DNA of 64,000 nt from an uncultured Gammaproteobacteria bacterium (GCA_964409875.1 CAYPEN010000001.1:1313-65312); one strand, 5' to 3'. Positions 28,901 through 38,130 are shown, counted from the first letter of the stretch. Notes: generated by a model from the letters alone, not told the origin. Numbers and translations: made by a program.

Positions 28901-29362
28901 TGCGCAGGTAGATGAGAAAGCGTCAACACATTGGTACCCTGCACCGTATTTTTGGTCACACGTTTGAGAGGACATTTGGGGAGTTGGGGTGGGTGCATCA
29001 GGAGCAAAACAACACATTGATTCTTGTCCAATCCATTGAGTGCATGCTGCATCCCCGTCCGGAGATGAGTAATGGGTTGAACCTGCAGGACATTGCGAAA
29101 AGTAGGAGAGAGGAACACAACTATTTGTGCCTCCCGTCGGATAATTGGGACAGCCGCTTTCTGCCGCATGCTGGCGGATATCAACCTGTTGCTTGAGTAC
29201 AAAAACCGTAACCGGAATAGAAAGCGCTGCTATAGCCACCAGAACCAATATGGGGATGAAGCCTTTTGAATTAAAATTAAATAATTTCGCTTGTGATATA
29301 TTTCTCACAAAAAATGATAGCCCGGTTATCAATATAGTAGCAGTGTTTAGTGTGCTTGACAA
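25949..29362 (-). CDS. large secreted protein with seven or more tandem 6-Cys ~40-aa repeats and a C-terminal dockerin-like module
   Basis: 1137 aa. Signal anchor. Repeats CDQKYGAGYQCLTTSATECQSG(I/T)(K/Q)QNTVGT(D/N)CSD(S/T)(S/A)GF(Q/D)VACCKAA, separated by AAPTPTPY linkers. C-terminus KAQGDANCDNKVNNSDLLIWRSEK...ADFNNDGKVSLEDLDNY, the same module as the neighbouring gene. A 2-nt gap to that gene. Confidence 0.65.
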   Translation of the reverse strand: MSSTLNTATILITGLSFFVRNISQAKLFNFNSKGFIPILVLVAIAALSIPVTVFVLKQQVDIRQHAAESGCPNYPTGGTNSCVPLSYFSQCPAGSTHYSSPDGDAACTQWIGQESMCCFAPDAPTPTPQMSSQTCDQKYGAGYQCVDAFSSTCAPPNLQQSAIGTTCNTGGAYACCKVVAGPPQGPRVMGANRTCSNNQISISFSAAPVPNATSYHLIYGWGSYTNGQQQISSSQPNFSISGFAPNLSIFYDVEACNAQGCTLDPNGYFGPISTGESCAPPVTSSCDQKYGAGYQCLTTSATECQSGIKQSTVGTDCSDSSGFQVACCKAATPTPTPYYQSTPTPANTLLSCDQKYGYGYQCLTTSATECQSGTRQNTVGTNCSDTAGFDVACCKAAAPTPTPYSQPTPTPTTSLLSCDQKYGAGYQCLTTSSTECQSGIQQNTVGTDCSDTAGFDMACCKAAAPTVAPSNSSSNTSTTSQSSPTSTCAQKYGSGYQCVIASTDECKAGIQKDPTGTDCDNSGGFQMMCCKAGNTQVTATNASTTSQTNPSTTCAQKYGTGYECLTTLANACTTGTQQNTVGTNCSDSSGFDVACCKAAAPIDCSSKGGRCINGLSQSCSDTEEVYTTGTTSCATTSQLCCVPKPIIPGASGPSEKQYIYFKSEGWTCVDNVIFNLSSGNAKYDPTQKFNFLNPPRLDPNAIDCKAKGQECKVVGAGNFESYTCLDNSTNDKKNIDERENATNHCGTGNDSNKIYNLGIIETGEKDSSGNPKTEWTFNKFLKDCAAEGKVCTQVGLVAICNDRPLENVTVHPPTNRADDPSSGINQGENGKNYVNMIADKDGWYPKGSAACRNNILSGPFIKEEDCGKENKVCTEIDQKVKCADPIVVDNTTIEHLYCGDGTNIPMPFSLKNLIIDTAYQYIKDKTGVSYAELIVNRDFEEASRQDIISYSHGQYTQLVGYELEERLASKGVNKIIAQQVSEHIFGTATYIISPADVALVYDATKTFVSAAFAGVKYDYWTCNGDKMEKRRIDVESGVASSEFRSCPDKGTACKIFDDRCVVCAKKQNTAYSSVQGAQTAQSCPLKAQGDANCDNKVNNSDLLIWRSEKLSGNGKTADFNNDGKVSLEDLDNYIPIN

Positions 29363-29390
29363 TCAATAGGGCTATTTATAGACTAATTCT

Positions 29391-30077
29391 ATGGAAATTC
29401 AAAATGAGAATAGTAAAGTGAATGCAGGAAACGAAAAAAAAGGATATGTACCTGAAACAACGGATGAGATTTTAGAGGATCTTACACCCACGCCTGAGAA
29501 AACTGATAGTTCTTTATTAAATTTTTTGAAATCCCGCACAATTAAATTGGCTCCATTAGCCTTGTTGGGAGCCGCAGTTTTTGGGGGTGCGAAAGTATAT
29601 GAGAATTCGCAGAATGGGAGTAGTGGGCAAGAAACTGCCGAAATTACTATGCAAGATCAAAAATTAATAGAAGGTTTTCAGCAGGGGGAGGGAATGATAC
29701 TTAAAGACTTGGCAAAAAGTCCGGAAGCATTTATGAATACTTACAAAAAAGGCGAAGTTATAGGGAGGGACGAGCATGGGAAGCCGGTTGAAACGGGGTA
29801 TGTTGATGTGAAAAATTATCCTGCAGATAAATTTCCGAATGGAGCTCCTGTGGAAGTAATTGCAAAACTGCCTGTTGGAACAAAAATCGAAAACCTAGCC
29901 ATAATTTCACCACAAGATAAGAAAGATGCTTCGGTGGGTGATAATTACATTTCATTTTCCTGCGAGTCAGTGAAAGGGGAATTTCATGATGCAAAAGAAG
30001 TTGAAAAGGTTATCGATCTTGGGAATGGAACTGTTTGTGTGGTCCCATGGGTAAATATTTACGGACAGGCTAGATAA
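29391..30077 (+). CDS. hypothetical membrane-anchored protein
   Basis: 228 aa with one predicted TM helix (LAPLALLGAAVFGGAKV). Confidence 0.45.
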   Translation: MEIQNENSKVNAGNEKKGYVPETTDEILEDLTPTPEKTDSSLLNFLKSRTIKLAPLALLGAAVFGGAKVYENSQNGSSGQETAEITMQDQKLIEGFQQGEGMILKDLAKSPEAFMNTYKKGEVIGRDEHGKPVETGYVDVKNYPADKFPNGAPVEVIAKLPVGTKIENLAIISPQDKKDASVGDNYISFSCESVKGEFHDAKEVEKVIDLGNGTVCVVPWVNIYGQAR

Positions 30078-30078
30078 A

Positions 30079-30477
30079 CTAGATACTGTCTTCTGTTTCA
30101 GTCTTTGCAAGTCTTAGCGCTTCATCTATTTTGCCGTTTCTTACTAGCTCAATGACTCCCCGTATTACTTCAGACTCTTCTTTTTTATCAAGTTTTCCCC
30201 ATTCTTCGATTTCATTTGATTTAAAAAGAGGCCATTTTTGAGACAACTTTTTATAAAGTAAGGGGATATCAAGTTCGCTTTGTGCGGCTTGCAAAAAATC
30301 GTATGTTATCCGGGCAATTTCTTTCCCTTCATCATCGGTAATTTTTTTCTTCTCCAATAAATACATCAGTATTTTAAGAACTGTTTCGGCGTGTACATTC
30401 TTCTGTATTTCGCTCAGCATAAATATGTACAAGAATGGTAGCAAACAGACCCTATTAACTGCAACATGAAAATGCAT
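30079..30477 (-). CDS. hypothetical protein
   Basis: 132-aa ORF. Alternative start MLSEIQ at 30420. No motif. Confidence 0.4.
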   Translation of the reverse strand: MHFHVAVNRVCLLPFLYIFMLSEIQKNVHAETVLKILMYLLEKKKITDDEGKEIARITYDFLQAAQSELDIPLLYKKLSQKWPLFKSNEIEEWGKLDKKEESEVIRGVIELVRNGKIDEALRLAKTETEDSI

Positions 30478-30526
30478 TTGGCGTCAATTTACTTAAGATG
30501 ATAGATGGAATATAATTAAGCCTCAA

Positions 30527-30597
30527 AGGGCTGTGATGAAATGGTATCATAGAGGTCTCCAAAACCTCTTTTCAGAGTTCGAATCTCTGCGGCCCTG
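30527..30597 (+). tRNA. tRNA-Trp (anticodon CCA)
   Basis: AGGGCTG-TG-ATGA-AATGGTA-TCAT-A-GAGGT-CTCCAAA-ACCTC-TTTT-CAGAG-TTCGAAT-CTCTG-CGGCCCT-G. 71 nt. Anticodon loop CTCCAAA. One G-U in the acceptor stem. Confidence 0.8.
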
Positions 30598-30636
30598 CAG
30601 CGATTTTAGCCTCAAAAAATCTGTTATAATTTACGA

Positions 30637-30963
30637 ATGGAAGATTTTTATTGTGAAGAGGTATTGAGCGGTAAAACGTTCGTTGAGAAGGTTTTAGAAA
30701 CAGACAACGTGCTTGCCTTCTACCACACAAAACCATACTGGCCTGTACATATTGTAGTTACCCCGAAAAAACATATAAGCTCGCTTCTTACAATTACACA
30801 AGAAGAGAACGATATTTTATTGGAGTTAATAAGTACTATTAAGCAAGTTGCCACAAAAGTTACCGATGAAAATGGAGCTTCTCGTATCCTGACCAACTTA
30901 GGAAAATATCAAGACTCAAAACATCTCCATTTTCATGTTTCCTACGGCGAACCGAATAAATAG
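30637..30963 (+). CDS. HIT-family (histidine triad) hydrolase
   Basis: 108 aa with the C-terminal histidine triad HLHFHV. Confidence 0.8.
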   Translation: MEDFYCEEVLSGKTFVEKVLETDNVLAFYHTKPYWPVHIVVTPKKHISSLLTITQEENDILLELISTIKQVATKVTDENGASRILTNLGKYQDSKHLHFHVSYGEPNK

Positions 30964-31014
30964 TAGTCCTTTACAACCCCAAGTGATTCGAACTACTTTG
31001 ATATAATTGATTTT

Positions 31015-31896
31015 ATGACAACGGAGCATAAAACACCAAACGAAGCGCTCGTCCTTAGTGAAGGATTTAATTCGGCGATAAATGCGGCTATTGCTGCAAG
31101 CGAGCCAATTCTCGCTTATTGGCCAGGTCCTTCAAATCAACTCTTCGATCGTGAACAAGTCATGCAAATCATTGAAAAAGATCACGGAACTGGTAATTAC
31201 GCAACAGTTGCTGATATTGAGTCAGAGGAAGTTATTAAAGATGTTATTCAGAAAAATCCTCTTTTTTCTTTTCATACCATCGTTGGAGAAGAGTCTGATA
31301 GAGTCGAAGGTTCATCTGAGTGGCAATGGATTATTGATCCCATCGATGGAACACAAGCTTTCAGACACGGTCTTCCGGATTTTGGAATAAATGTAGCCCT
31401 AGTTAAAGGCCAAGATCCAGTAATTGGGGTTATAGCAATGCCTGCGTTAAAACAACTAATAGCAGCCCAAAAAGGAAAAGGAGCATTTTTGTACGATTAT
31501 GATGGCAATGTTCTTTCTGATCTTCACAAAAATCAGGTAGAGAGAAATGAGAGTTTTGACAAAATACTGGTAGGGTTTGATACGGGATATGTGGGAAGAG
31601 GAAAGCAAATGACAGAATATGTAGCAAAATTGGCAGATAAAATCGGGTATCCGGTGTCATACGCATCATCAGCAACGGCAAATTTTAGACTTGCACAAGG
31701 AAGTCTAGCAGCTTATTTTCTTCAAACGCCCACTACTATGGATATAGCTGCACCAGCTGCGATTATTACAGAGGTGGGTGGAAAAGTAAGTGATATGAAT
31801 GGGAATCCAATTGATTGGAATGCTGATTCTAGATCCTATCTTGCTGCACGTAATGAAAAAATACATTCGCAAATTTTAGAAATATTTAATAGTTAA
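31015..31896 (+). CDS. inositol monophosphatase-family phosphatase (SuhB/CysQ-like)
   Basis: WQWIIDPIDGTQAF (DPIDGT metal-binding motif), EES at the N-terminus, WD near the C-terminus. Confidence 0.8.
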   Translation: MTTEHKTPNEALVLSEGFNSAINAAIAASEPILAYWPGPSNQLFDREQVMQIIEKDHGTGNYATVADIESEEVIKDVIQKNPLFSFHTIVGEESDRVEGSSEWQWIIDPIDGTQAFRHGLPDFGINVALVKGQDPVIGVIAMPALKQLIAAQKGKGAFLYDYDGNVLSDLHKNQVERNESFDKILVGFDTGYVGRGKQMTEYVAKLADKIGYPVSYASSATANFRLAQGSLAAYFLQTPTTMDIAAPAAIITEVGGKVSDMNGNPIDWNADSRSYLAARNEKIHSQILEIFNS

Positions 31897-32007
31897 ATTT
31901 GATTTTGTAAAATAGTAGTTCCTAACATAATCGCTCAAGCCCTGCAGCGAGTTCTGCCTTAAAATTGGATATAAGAGGAGCTTGAATCACTCAGATATAA
32001 TTTCTGC

Positions 32008-33003
32008 ATGACTATTGAATCGAGAAGTGTAAATCCAGAAAATTTGCCTCCTCTTCCCTTTGTGTATCGGCGGGTCGATTTGCCTGAAGAAGCGGAGTTT
32101 CGGATGCGAAGAATAAGTTCTGCAAGAATTGTTGGGCAAACAAATGAGCCTTATACAGACGAGCGAATACTTGCCCAGATAGAAAGGAGAAAAAAAGAAC
32201 AGGAATGGTTTTACCAAGATTACTGGAGAGAAAAAGGGTTAGCTTCAGAACAAATTGAATTTGATGCCGATGGTAATCCAATAACTCTCTATAATTTTGA
32301 TAGACCAAATCCCTTCGGCGACGATAGGTTACGAAGCCTCACAAATGCTATGAAGCAATTGGGATTGCATTTCCCGCAGGCTCTTCACAAACTCAGATGG
32401 ATTTTGATTGACGACACGCAGCAGGCAAGTATTTATGGGGATATACAAAAGTTCCCGACAAATGGGCAGGTTGTGCATGGCACAAATGCATTCAGATTCT
32501 TTCCTCGTGGGGCAAGAATAGATATTCCACATAGAATACCTACCGCCAATAACTTGGAAGGAACCTTCGTCCATGAAACAGCCCATTTGATTCAAGACGG
32601 ATTCCGAGATAGATGGAGTGAAAATTTTCAATGGGATATGTGCGATGAGCATCTTGACAAGTTTGAATATAGAGGTACACCAATGGGAGGGAGCCAATAT
32701 CCTTTCAATAAGCGAACAGATGAAATGATGCCCCAATTTCAGTTCCCTAGGCAGCCGGAGAACTGTGTGAATTATTATGCGAAGCTGAGTTTGGAAGAGG
32801 ACATTGCAGAAAGCCTGACGGCGTATGTATATAGCCCAGATGTATTGCAAAGTGTTTCCACTGAAAAGTTTGAGATTTTGGCAGGACACGATGCCAATAG
32901 ATCGGTAGTTGAAATAACTGCAAGAAGAGCAAATGCTGTGACAATGCCTGATCTTGGGCCAACGGAAATTACGTACTTCATCCAGGAGCCGGCAAACAGT
33001 TAA
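32008..33003 (+). CDS. hypothetical protein with HExxH motif (possible zinc metallohydrolase)
   Basis: 331 aa. FVHETAHLIQDG contains HETAH. Otherwise unrecognised. Confidence 0.45.
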   Translation: MTIESRSVNPENLPPLPFVYRRVDLPEEAEFRMRRISSARIVGQTNEPYTDERILAQIERRKKEQEWFYQDYWREKGLASEQIEFDADGNPITLYNFDRPNPFGDDRLRSLTNAMKQLGLHFPQALHKLRWILIDDTQQASIYGDIQKFPTNGQVVHGTNAFRFFPRGARIDIPHRIPTANNLEGTFVHETAHLIQDGFRDRWSENFQWDMCDEHLDKFEYRGTPMGGSQYPFNKRTDEMMPQFQFPRQPENCVNYYAKLSLEEDIAESLTAYVYSPDVLQSVSTEKFEILAGHDANRSVVEITARRANAVTMPDLGPTEITYFIQEPANS

Positions 33004-33099
33004 AATAGTAGCTCATGATATACATGTAAATACTAATCCCCAAAGTATTGGCTCAAGCCATGTAACAACTATAGCCTGAGGCTTTGCTATAATTGCCAC

Positions 33100-33912
33100 A
33101 TGACCAAAAAAAAGATTCATCGTAGAATCAGAATAGGAAAGCAATTTATATTCCTTTCAACGGTTTTAGTTTTGGCATTTGTTGCAATCGGGATATTGTA
33201 TGATGTGTCTACCTTCCCGAGTGCAAAACACACATTTGATATCACGCCGAGGCCAACTCTTGCGCCTCGTATAACGATTAGTTACCCAACCCCTACGCCA
33301 CCGGAAGGTTTTGTTGAGGTAAAAAATTTCAAAGCTCGGCAATATGACCCAAAAAGCATGCTGATAGATTACTCGGAAAAGGTAAAATATCCCCAGGAAT
33401 TACTTGATAGTAACGAGAGTGATTTAACGCCTCTTTCATGTACTAGAACTTATTTAAATACAATTGGAAATTGGGGCAGCTTTGTTACGTATCAAGATCA
33501 AGACGGAGGAACAAAAAAATACTTTTTAATTGATCCTCAATTATTGAGATACATTGATTATTTAGAAAAAAAATATTCATCTAAACGTCTTATGATGATA
33601 AATGCCTGTAGTACAAAAGATGATAAAACTTTTATTTTTTATGGAATGAGTCTGGGTGGAGGTGGAGATTATTGGGGAAAGCCCTATATTGGAATTGATA
33701 AAGGAAAAGGCATAGATGAAACAATTGATGGGATACCATTAGGCGGATGTTCTGTTTTACAACTTTTGAAAAATGAATTTTTATATATAAAATGCTCCAT
33801 GCATGAAGGCGGCGGAGGGATTGACGCGATTTACCAAGTCAATTTGAGTAATAAGTCTGTTAATCAACTGCTTTATTGTTTGATTGAGGGCACAAAGACA
33901 ACCTGCAAATAA
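33100..33912 (+). CDS. hypothetical secreted/membrane-anchored protein
   Basis: 270 aa. N-terminal TM helix FIFLSTVLVLAFVAIGILY. G-rich GGGGDYWG stretch. Confidence 0.45.
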   Translation: MTKKKIHRRIRIGKQFIFLSTVLVLAFVAIGILYDVSTFPSAKHTFDITPRPTLAPRITISYPTPTPPEGFVEVKNFKARQYDPKSMLIDYSEKVKYPQELLDSNESDLTPLSCTRTYLNTIGNWGSFVTYQDQDGGTKKYFLIDPQLLRYIDYLEKKYSSKRLMMINACSTKDDKTFIFYGMSLGGGGDYWGKPYIGIDKGKGIDETIDGIPLGGCSVLQLLKNEFLYIKCSMHEGGGGIDAIYQVNLSNKSVNQLLYCLIEGTKTTCK

Positions 33913-33939
33913 CACACGTCAAATTCATTCCTTCTCCAA

Positions 33940-34845
33940 TTGAACCTATCCCATAGTTATTGTATAATGCAACCTATGGGTTCGCCTGAATTTTCAGAAG
34001 AAAGAGAAAAAGAATTATTCGAAGATTCCCAGCTGCAGCTGGAGTATTTAAAGAAAGCAAGAAAAGGCAATGAGCTGATTGCACTTGCTGATTTTTTGCA
34101 TGTGATTGCCGAAACTTTTACGGGTAACATGAAAAGAAGTTTGGCATTGGTTGGGTCTATGGCAGCTATAATCGGACTGCAGTATTTGGTTGATAATCAT
34201 GAAGTAACCATGTATTCAACATTAGCCGTAAATACTATTGGTGGTACGTTATTGGGAGATGCAATTAGGCCAATTTCTCGAATTTCCGAATCAACAGGAA
34301 AATATCAAGCGAGAAAAAATTTTGAAAAACCCGAATATGTTCAAACAGATAATGAGCGACTTTATGAAGTTAGGAATAAATTGGTAGACACGCTTGTCCA
34401 CGAGGAAGGAATTGTTCCGCCCGAAGAGATTAGAATGTGGCTTGAGAGTAATGCACTGCATGCAGATTGGAAAAATGGAAACCAGTTCACACTTGCCCAT
34501 ATGACCGATGCCAAACTTGGACTAGGTGATAACCTTACACAAGAGGACACGGTATTGCTATTCTTGGAATCCCAGAGAGAAGCACAAATTCATAAGCAGG
34601 CTTTATGGCGCTTGAGTATGATTGGCACGAATAAGACTTTGGATATAGTTGCTGGAAATGCAATGTTGTGGGCAGGTTGGGCAGGTGTTAGAAATTTTGC
34701 AGGAGAAAACTATGCGCTTTTGACCAGTATTGCTGATGATATTACGGCTGTTGGTATCGCTGTTGTTACAACTCCTGTCAAAACGCTTCTTGATGCTGAT
34801 TTTATTAGGGAGGGACGAGATAAAATTAAAAACCTCTTTAATTAA
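33940..34845 (+). CDS. hypothetical protein
   Basis: 301-aa ORF. No motif. Confidence 0.45.
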   Translation: MNLSHSYCIMQPMGSPEFSEEREKELFEDSQLQLEYLKKARKGNELIALADFLHVIAETFTGNMKRSLALVGSMAAIIGLQYLVDNHEVTMYSTLAVNTIGGTLLGDAIRPISRISESTGKYQARKNFEKPEYVQTDNERLYEVRNKLVDTLVHEEGIVPPEEIRMWLESNALHADWKNGNQFTLAHMTDAKLGLGDNLTQEDTVLLFLESQREAQIHKQALWRLSMIGTNKTLDIVAGNAMLWAGWAGVRNFAGENYALLTSIADDITAVGIAVVTTPVKTLLDADFIREGRDKIKNLFN

Positions 34846-34859
34846 CCGTTTTTTTCAAA

Positions 34860-35096
34860 TCACTTTCTTTCAACCGTTATCGTACACTCCGCAACAAGAG
34901 CCGCAATAGCACCAACTGCCGCCAGAACCGGGGCTATAGCTGCGCCCACAACACCTATTGTGAGTGGGAATTCTATGAGAGTAGTCCCTTTTTTGTCCTT
35001 TATCGTGATTTTCCTGATATTCCCCTCATGAATGAGTTCTTTCACTTTTTTTAAAAGCTCATGCCCCTCAACTTTAAATGATTCTTCTTTTGCCAT
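34860..35096 (-). CDS. DUF4342-like small protein
   Basis: 78 aa. MAKEESFKVEGHELLKKVKELIHEGNIRKITIKDKKGTTLIEFPLTIGVVGAAIAPVLAAVGAIAALVAECTITVERK fits the conserved DUF4342 pattern: K..ELI.EGN.R.I.IKD..G.TL.E.PLT.G plus a hydrophobic A/V/G segment. Confidence 0.65.
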   Translation of the reverse strand: MAKEESFKVEGHELLKKVKELIHEGNIRKITIKDKKGTTLIEFPLTIGVVGAAIAPVLAAVGAIAALVAECTITVERK

Positions 35097-35192
35097 TTTA
35101 TCTATTGTAACACAGTCTAATAATCACGTTTTGGCATGAGAGCACTGCAAAAACTCTTTACATAACAATATTTTTTTTGCTACACTATTTCC

Positions 35193-35492
35193 ATGCCAAG
35201 AAAAAAAGCAGCACCCAAAAAGACACAAAGAAACGACTTTAACACCGTAACTACTTTATCAAAGCTTCTCGCATTTTTTATGTTCATTACCTTCCCATTC
35301 ATAGGGTTTTATTTGGGGATGAATTTTCAGAAAGAATTAGACAGGCCATTCATAGACGAGGTGACTTCACGTCAATTTGAAGAAGAGCAAAAAAGGTCCT
35401 GCACAATGGAGGCAAAACAATGCCCTGATGGATCGTATGTTGCCCGTACAGGACCCAATTGCACCTTCGAAAAATGTCCGGGAGAAAAATAG
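35193..35492 (+). CDS. hypothetical small membrane protein with C-terminal Cys cluster
   Basis: 99 aa. TM helix LLAFFMFITFPFIGFYLG. C-terminus CTMEAKQCPDGSYVARTGPNCTFEKCPG has four Cys. Confidence 0.4.
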   Translation: MPRKKAAPKKTQRNDFNTVTTLSKLLAFFMFITFPFIGFYLGMNFQKELDRPFIDEVTSRQFEEEQKRSCTMEAKQCPDGSYVARTGPNCTFEKCPGEK

Positions 35493-35547
35493 ACTTCTTA
35501 TATCTTCGCGATTGATATTTCTTGCTCATTTATTCTAAACTGGTTAG

Positions 35548-36957
35548 GTGAAGTACATCTTTATTTCTTTTTCCGGTCTTGGTCTCCCAATAGCCTACAA
35601 ACTCATCCAGGAGGGGTGTGAGGTAAAGGTAGGTATGATTGATGACATCAAAGAATACTGCATGGAGGAAGAGGTAGCAACGGCAACTGAGTCGGAGTTT
35701 GATAAAAAGCGGCGCACGTCACAATTTCAGAACGTCATGCCCATACAGGAAGCGAATAAAGTCATCGAGTGGGCAAAAACTCTTAAAAACCCTCATGAAT
35801 ATTTCTTCTTTTTTGACGAGAACAATTTATACCGGTGGGCTGACAAAGTGCGCGATCTGGGGTTTGAGGGGACATTTCCGACTCGTGAGGATTATCTTTT
35901 TGAAGTCGACAGGGAAATGGCCAAGAAATTTGTCGCGACCCATTACTCAAAGCTTTATACACCCGAGGTAAAAGAGTTCGATAAAGTTGAAGACGCAATT
36001 CCCTTTCTTGAAAAGACGCAGGAATTGTGGGTTTTGAAAGGAAAGCATGATAGTGCAAAGACTTTTGTTCCCGATATTCACGACCCACAATTTGCCAACC
36101 AGCAAGTCGTTGAAATGCTCAAAAATTACCCGGAGCATTACGAGCAATTAGGGTTCATTTTAGAACTTTTCATCCCCTCAATTATTGAGATGACACCTGA
36201 GAAATTTTATTACGACGGGGTGCCCATAGGTACGTCAATTGATTTTGAGAACAAGAGCTTCGGGTCGGGTAATTTATCAGTGCAGACCGGATGCGCCGAG
36301 GACTTGGTGTTCCCGACCAATATGGAGGATAGGATAAATCAGATTTCTTTTCCACCAATAGTTGATGAGATGGCACGAAAGCACAAAGGGCTTTTTATTT
36401 GGGATGCATCCATTCTTATCAACAAAAAAGACGGGAAAATGTATTTTGGAGAGTTTTGCTCTAATAGATTTGGGTACAATTCTGTGTTTACCGAGCTTGC
36501 TCAGTCAAAATCAGTTGATGATTTTTTCACCAAAATGGTGCACAAGCAAAATCCATATACTGTTGGAACAGTAGCTGCATCAGTCAGGATTTTTAATATG
36601 AATAGGGATGAACAAACAGAACAGGTAGCGGAGAACATGGCGCTCAATTTTTTGCCTGAGGTAGAACGCGATTTATGGTTGTGGGATGTCAAGAGAAAAG
36701 CAGATGGGCAATTTTTAACGGTTGGGACTGACTGGAATTTGGCTGTAATGACTGGGAGTGGAAAATCTATAGAGGAAGCGGTTGGGAATCTATATAAAAA
36801 TATTGAAGGTCTGGCATTTGTGGGAGGGTATTTTAGGCCCAAAGATGATTATTTATCTCTTGACTACCCCACATCAATATTAAATAGGGTAAATTATGGA
36901 ATGGAACGTGGCCTTTATAAAATACCGTTTAATGTAAAAATAGGAGATATAGTATAG
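35548..36957 (+). CDS. ATP-grasp enzyme, PurD (GAR synthetase)-like
   Basis: N-terminus MKYIFISFSGLGLPIAYKL resembles the PurD N-domain MKVLVIGSGGREHALAWKL. LWVLKGKHDSAKTFV matches the ATP-grasp K-loop. KMYFGEFCSNRFGYNS aligns with PurD KVIEFNCRFGDPE. Confidence 0.5.
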   Translation: MKYIFISFSGLGLPIAYKLIQEGCEVKVGMIDDIKEYCMEEEVATATESEFDKKRRTSQFQNVMPIQEANKVIEWAKTLKNPHEYFFFFDENNLYRWADKVRDLGFEGTFPTREDYLFEVDREMAKKFVATHYSKLYTPEVKEFDKVEDAIPFLEKTQELWVLKGKHDSAKTFVPDIHDPQFANQQVVEMLKNYPEHYEQLGFILELFIPSIIEMTPEKFYYDGVPIGTSIDFENKSFGSGNLSVQTGCAEDLVFPTNMEDRINQISFPPIVDEMARKHKGLFIWDASILINKKDGKMYFGEFCSNRFGYNSVFTELAQSKSVDDFFTKMVHKQNPYTVGTVAASVRIFNMNRDEQTEQVAENMALNFLPEVERDLWLWDVKRKADGQFLTVGTDWNLAVMTGSGKSIEEAVGNLYKNIEGLAFVGGYFRPKDDYLSLDYPTSILNRVNYGMERGLYKIPFNVKIGDIV

Positions 36958-36991
36958 GGATTAGTTTCTAGGCTTTCGCATTTCGTTATCA

Positions 36992-37480
36992 ATGAAGAAC
37001 AGGCTTTTAGATTTAAAAAAACTCAAATTCGAGGTAAGAGACATCATGCGGTATGATGATGTAGGAGACTATTTTGGAGATACAATTGTTGCGTATGACT
37101 TTAAAGATGACGTCATAACGAATGCAATTTTTTTGCACGAATTTATAGAATATACATTGGTCAAATCCGCAGGTATTGATCCATCTCTTATTGACCAATT
37201 TGACACCGATAAAAGTGCGCCCGCAAAGTATCCTGAGGAATTTATGCAGTACGGGAAATTTCACGATCTTGCCAATTTGGTAGAGCGGCAGTTTATAGAA
37301 AATTTGGGGCTCAATTGGGAGGAGCATGATAGAGTTATCAATACTGCAAAAGTAAATGTTGCGGTTGAAGTCATTTCTGAAGAGCTTCATAAAGAGAATC
37401 CATCAGAGAGTGTAATCGAACAAGCGAAGGAAGAAGTAAAAGATGAGATAAAGGACAGCCTCGAAAGTATAGCAGAATAG
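36992..37480 (+). CDS. hypothetical acidic protein
   Basis: 162-aa ORF. No motif. Confidence 0.45.
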   Translation: MKNRLLDLKKLKFEVRDIMRYDDVGDYFGDTIVAYDFKDDVITNAIFLHEFIEYTLVKSAGIDPSLIDQFDTDKSAPAKYPEEFMQYGKFHDLANLVERQFIENLGLNWEEHDRVINTAKVNVAVEVISEELHKENPSESVIEQAKEEVKDEIKDSLESIAE

Positions 37481-37494
37481 CGTATACTTAAAAT

Positions 37495-38130
37495 ATGAAA
37501 GCTCTTCCGGATTTTGCTCTTGAAAAACCCCTCTGGGACAAAGGATTTAGTGTCATGGGAATCGATGAAGTGGGGAGAGGAGCTTTTGCAGGCCCGGTAG
37601 GGATAGGTGGGGTGATTTTTGACCCAAAAATGAGTGAAAAAGATAAAAAATTCCTTTTGAACTTAGGACTCGATGACAGTAAAAAGTTGACTCCTCTCAA
37701 ACGCAAATCATTTGCATCTGTTATCAAAGAATATGCTATGGCCTATGCAGTCGAATTTATCGATGTTCCGGTAATTGAAAGTGTCGGCATTGGAAAAGCT
37801 ACTTTTTTAGGAATGAAAAAAGTTGCAGATTCGCTTTCAAAAAAGGTCAGCAACCTGCATCTTCTTATCGATGCTTTCGAAATTCCGGATATATTCTATC
37901 CTCAGCGAGGCATACTACACGGTGATAGCCTTAGTATTTCAATAGCTGCCGCGTCTATTGTGGCAAAGGTTGAGAGGGATATGCTTATGGAACAGTTGGC
38001 GCGGGAGTTCACTTGCTACGATTGGGAGAACAATAAGGGGTATGGTACACTAAGACATAGAAGAGCGGTTTCGGAGTTTGGCGTAACAAAGTTCCATCGA
38101 AGACAATTTTGCAGAAATGTAACAGGGTAA
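37495..38130 (+). CDS. rnhB: ribonuclease HII
   Basis: GIDEVGRGAFAGPV and DDSKKLTPLKR are the RNase HII catalytic motifs. About 210 aa. Confidence 0.85.
   Translation: MKALPDFALEKPLWDKGFSVMGIDEVGRGAFAGPVGIGGVIFDPKMSEKDKKFLLNLGLDDSKKLTPLKRKSFASVIKEYAMAYAVEFIDVPVIESVGIGKATFLGMKKVADSLSKKVSNLHLLIDAFEIPDIFYPQRGILHGDSLSISIAAASIVAKVERDMLMEQLAREFTCYDWENNKGYGTLRHRRAVSEFGVTKFHRRQFCRNVTG

Noticed and set aside
26900-29370. ORFs 27019..27417, 28873..29202, 28912..29196, 29145..29369 and others within or antisense to the 1137-aa Cys-repeat gene
   Set aside because: They are embedded in a strongly supported long ORF with a repeated domain structure. No independent signals.
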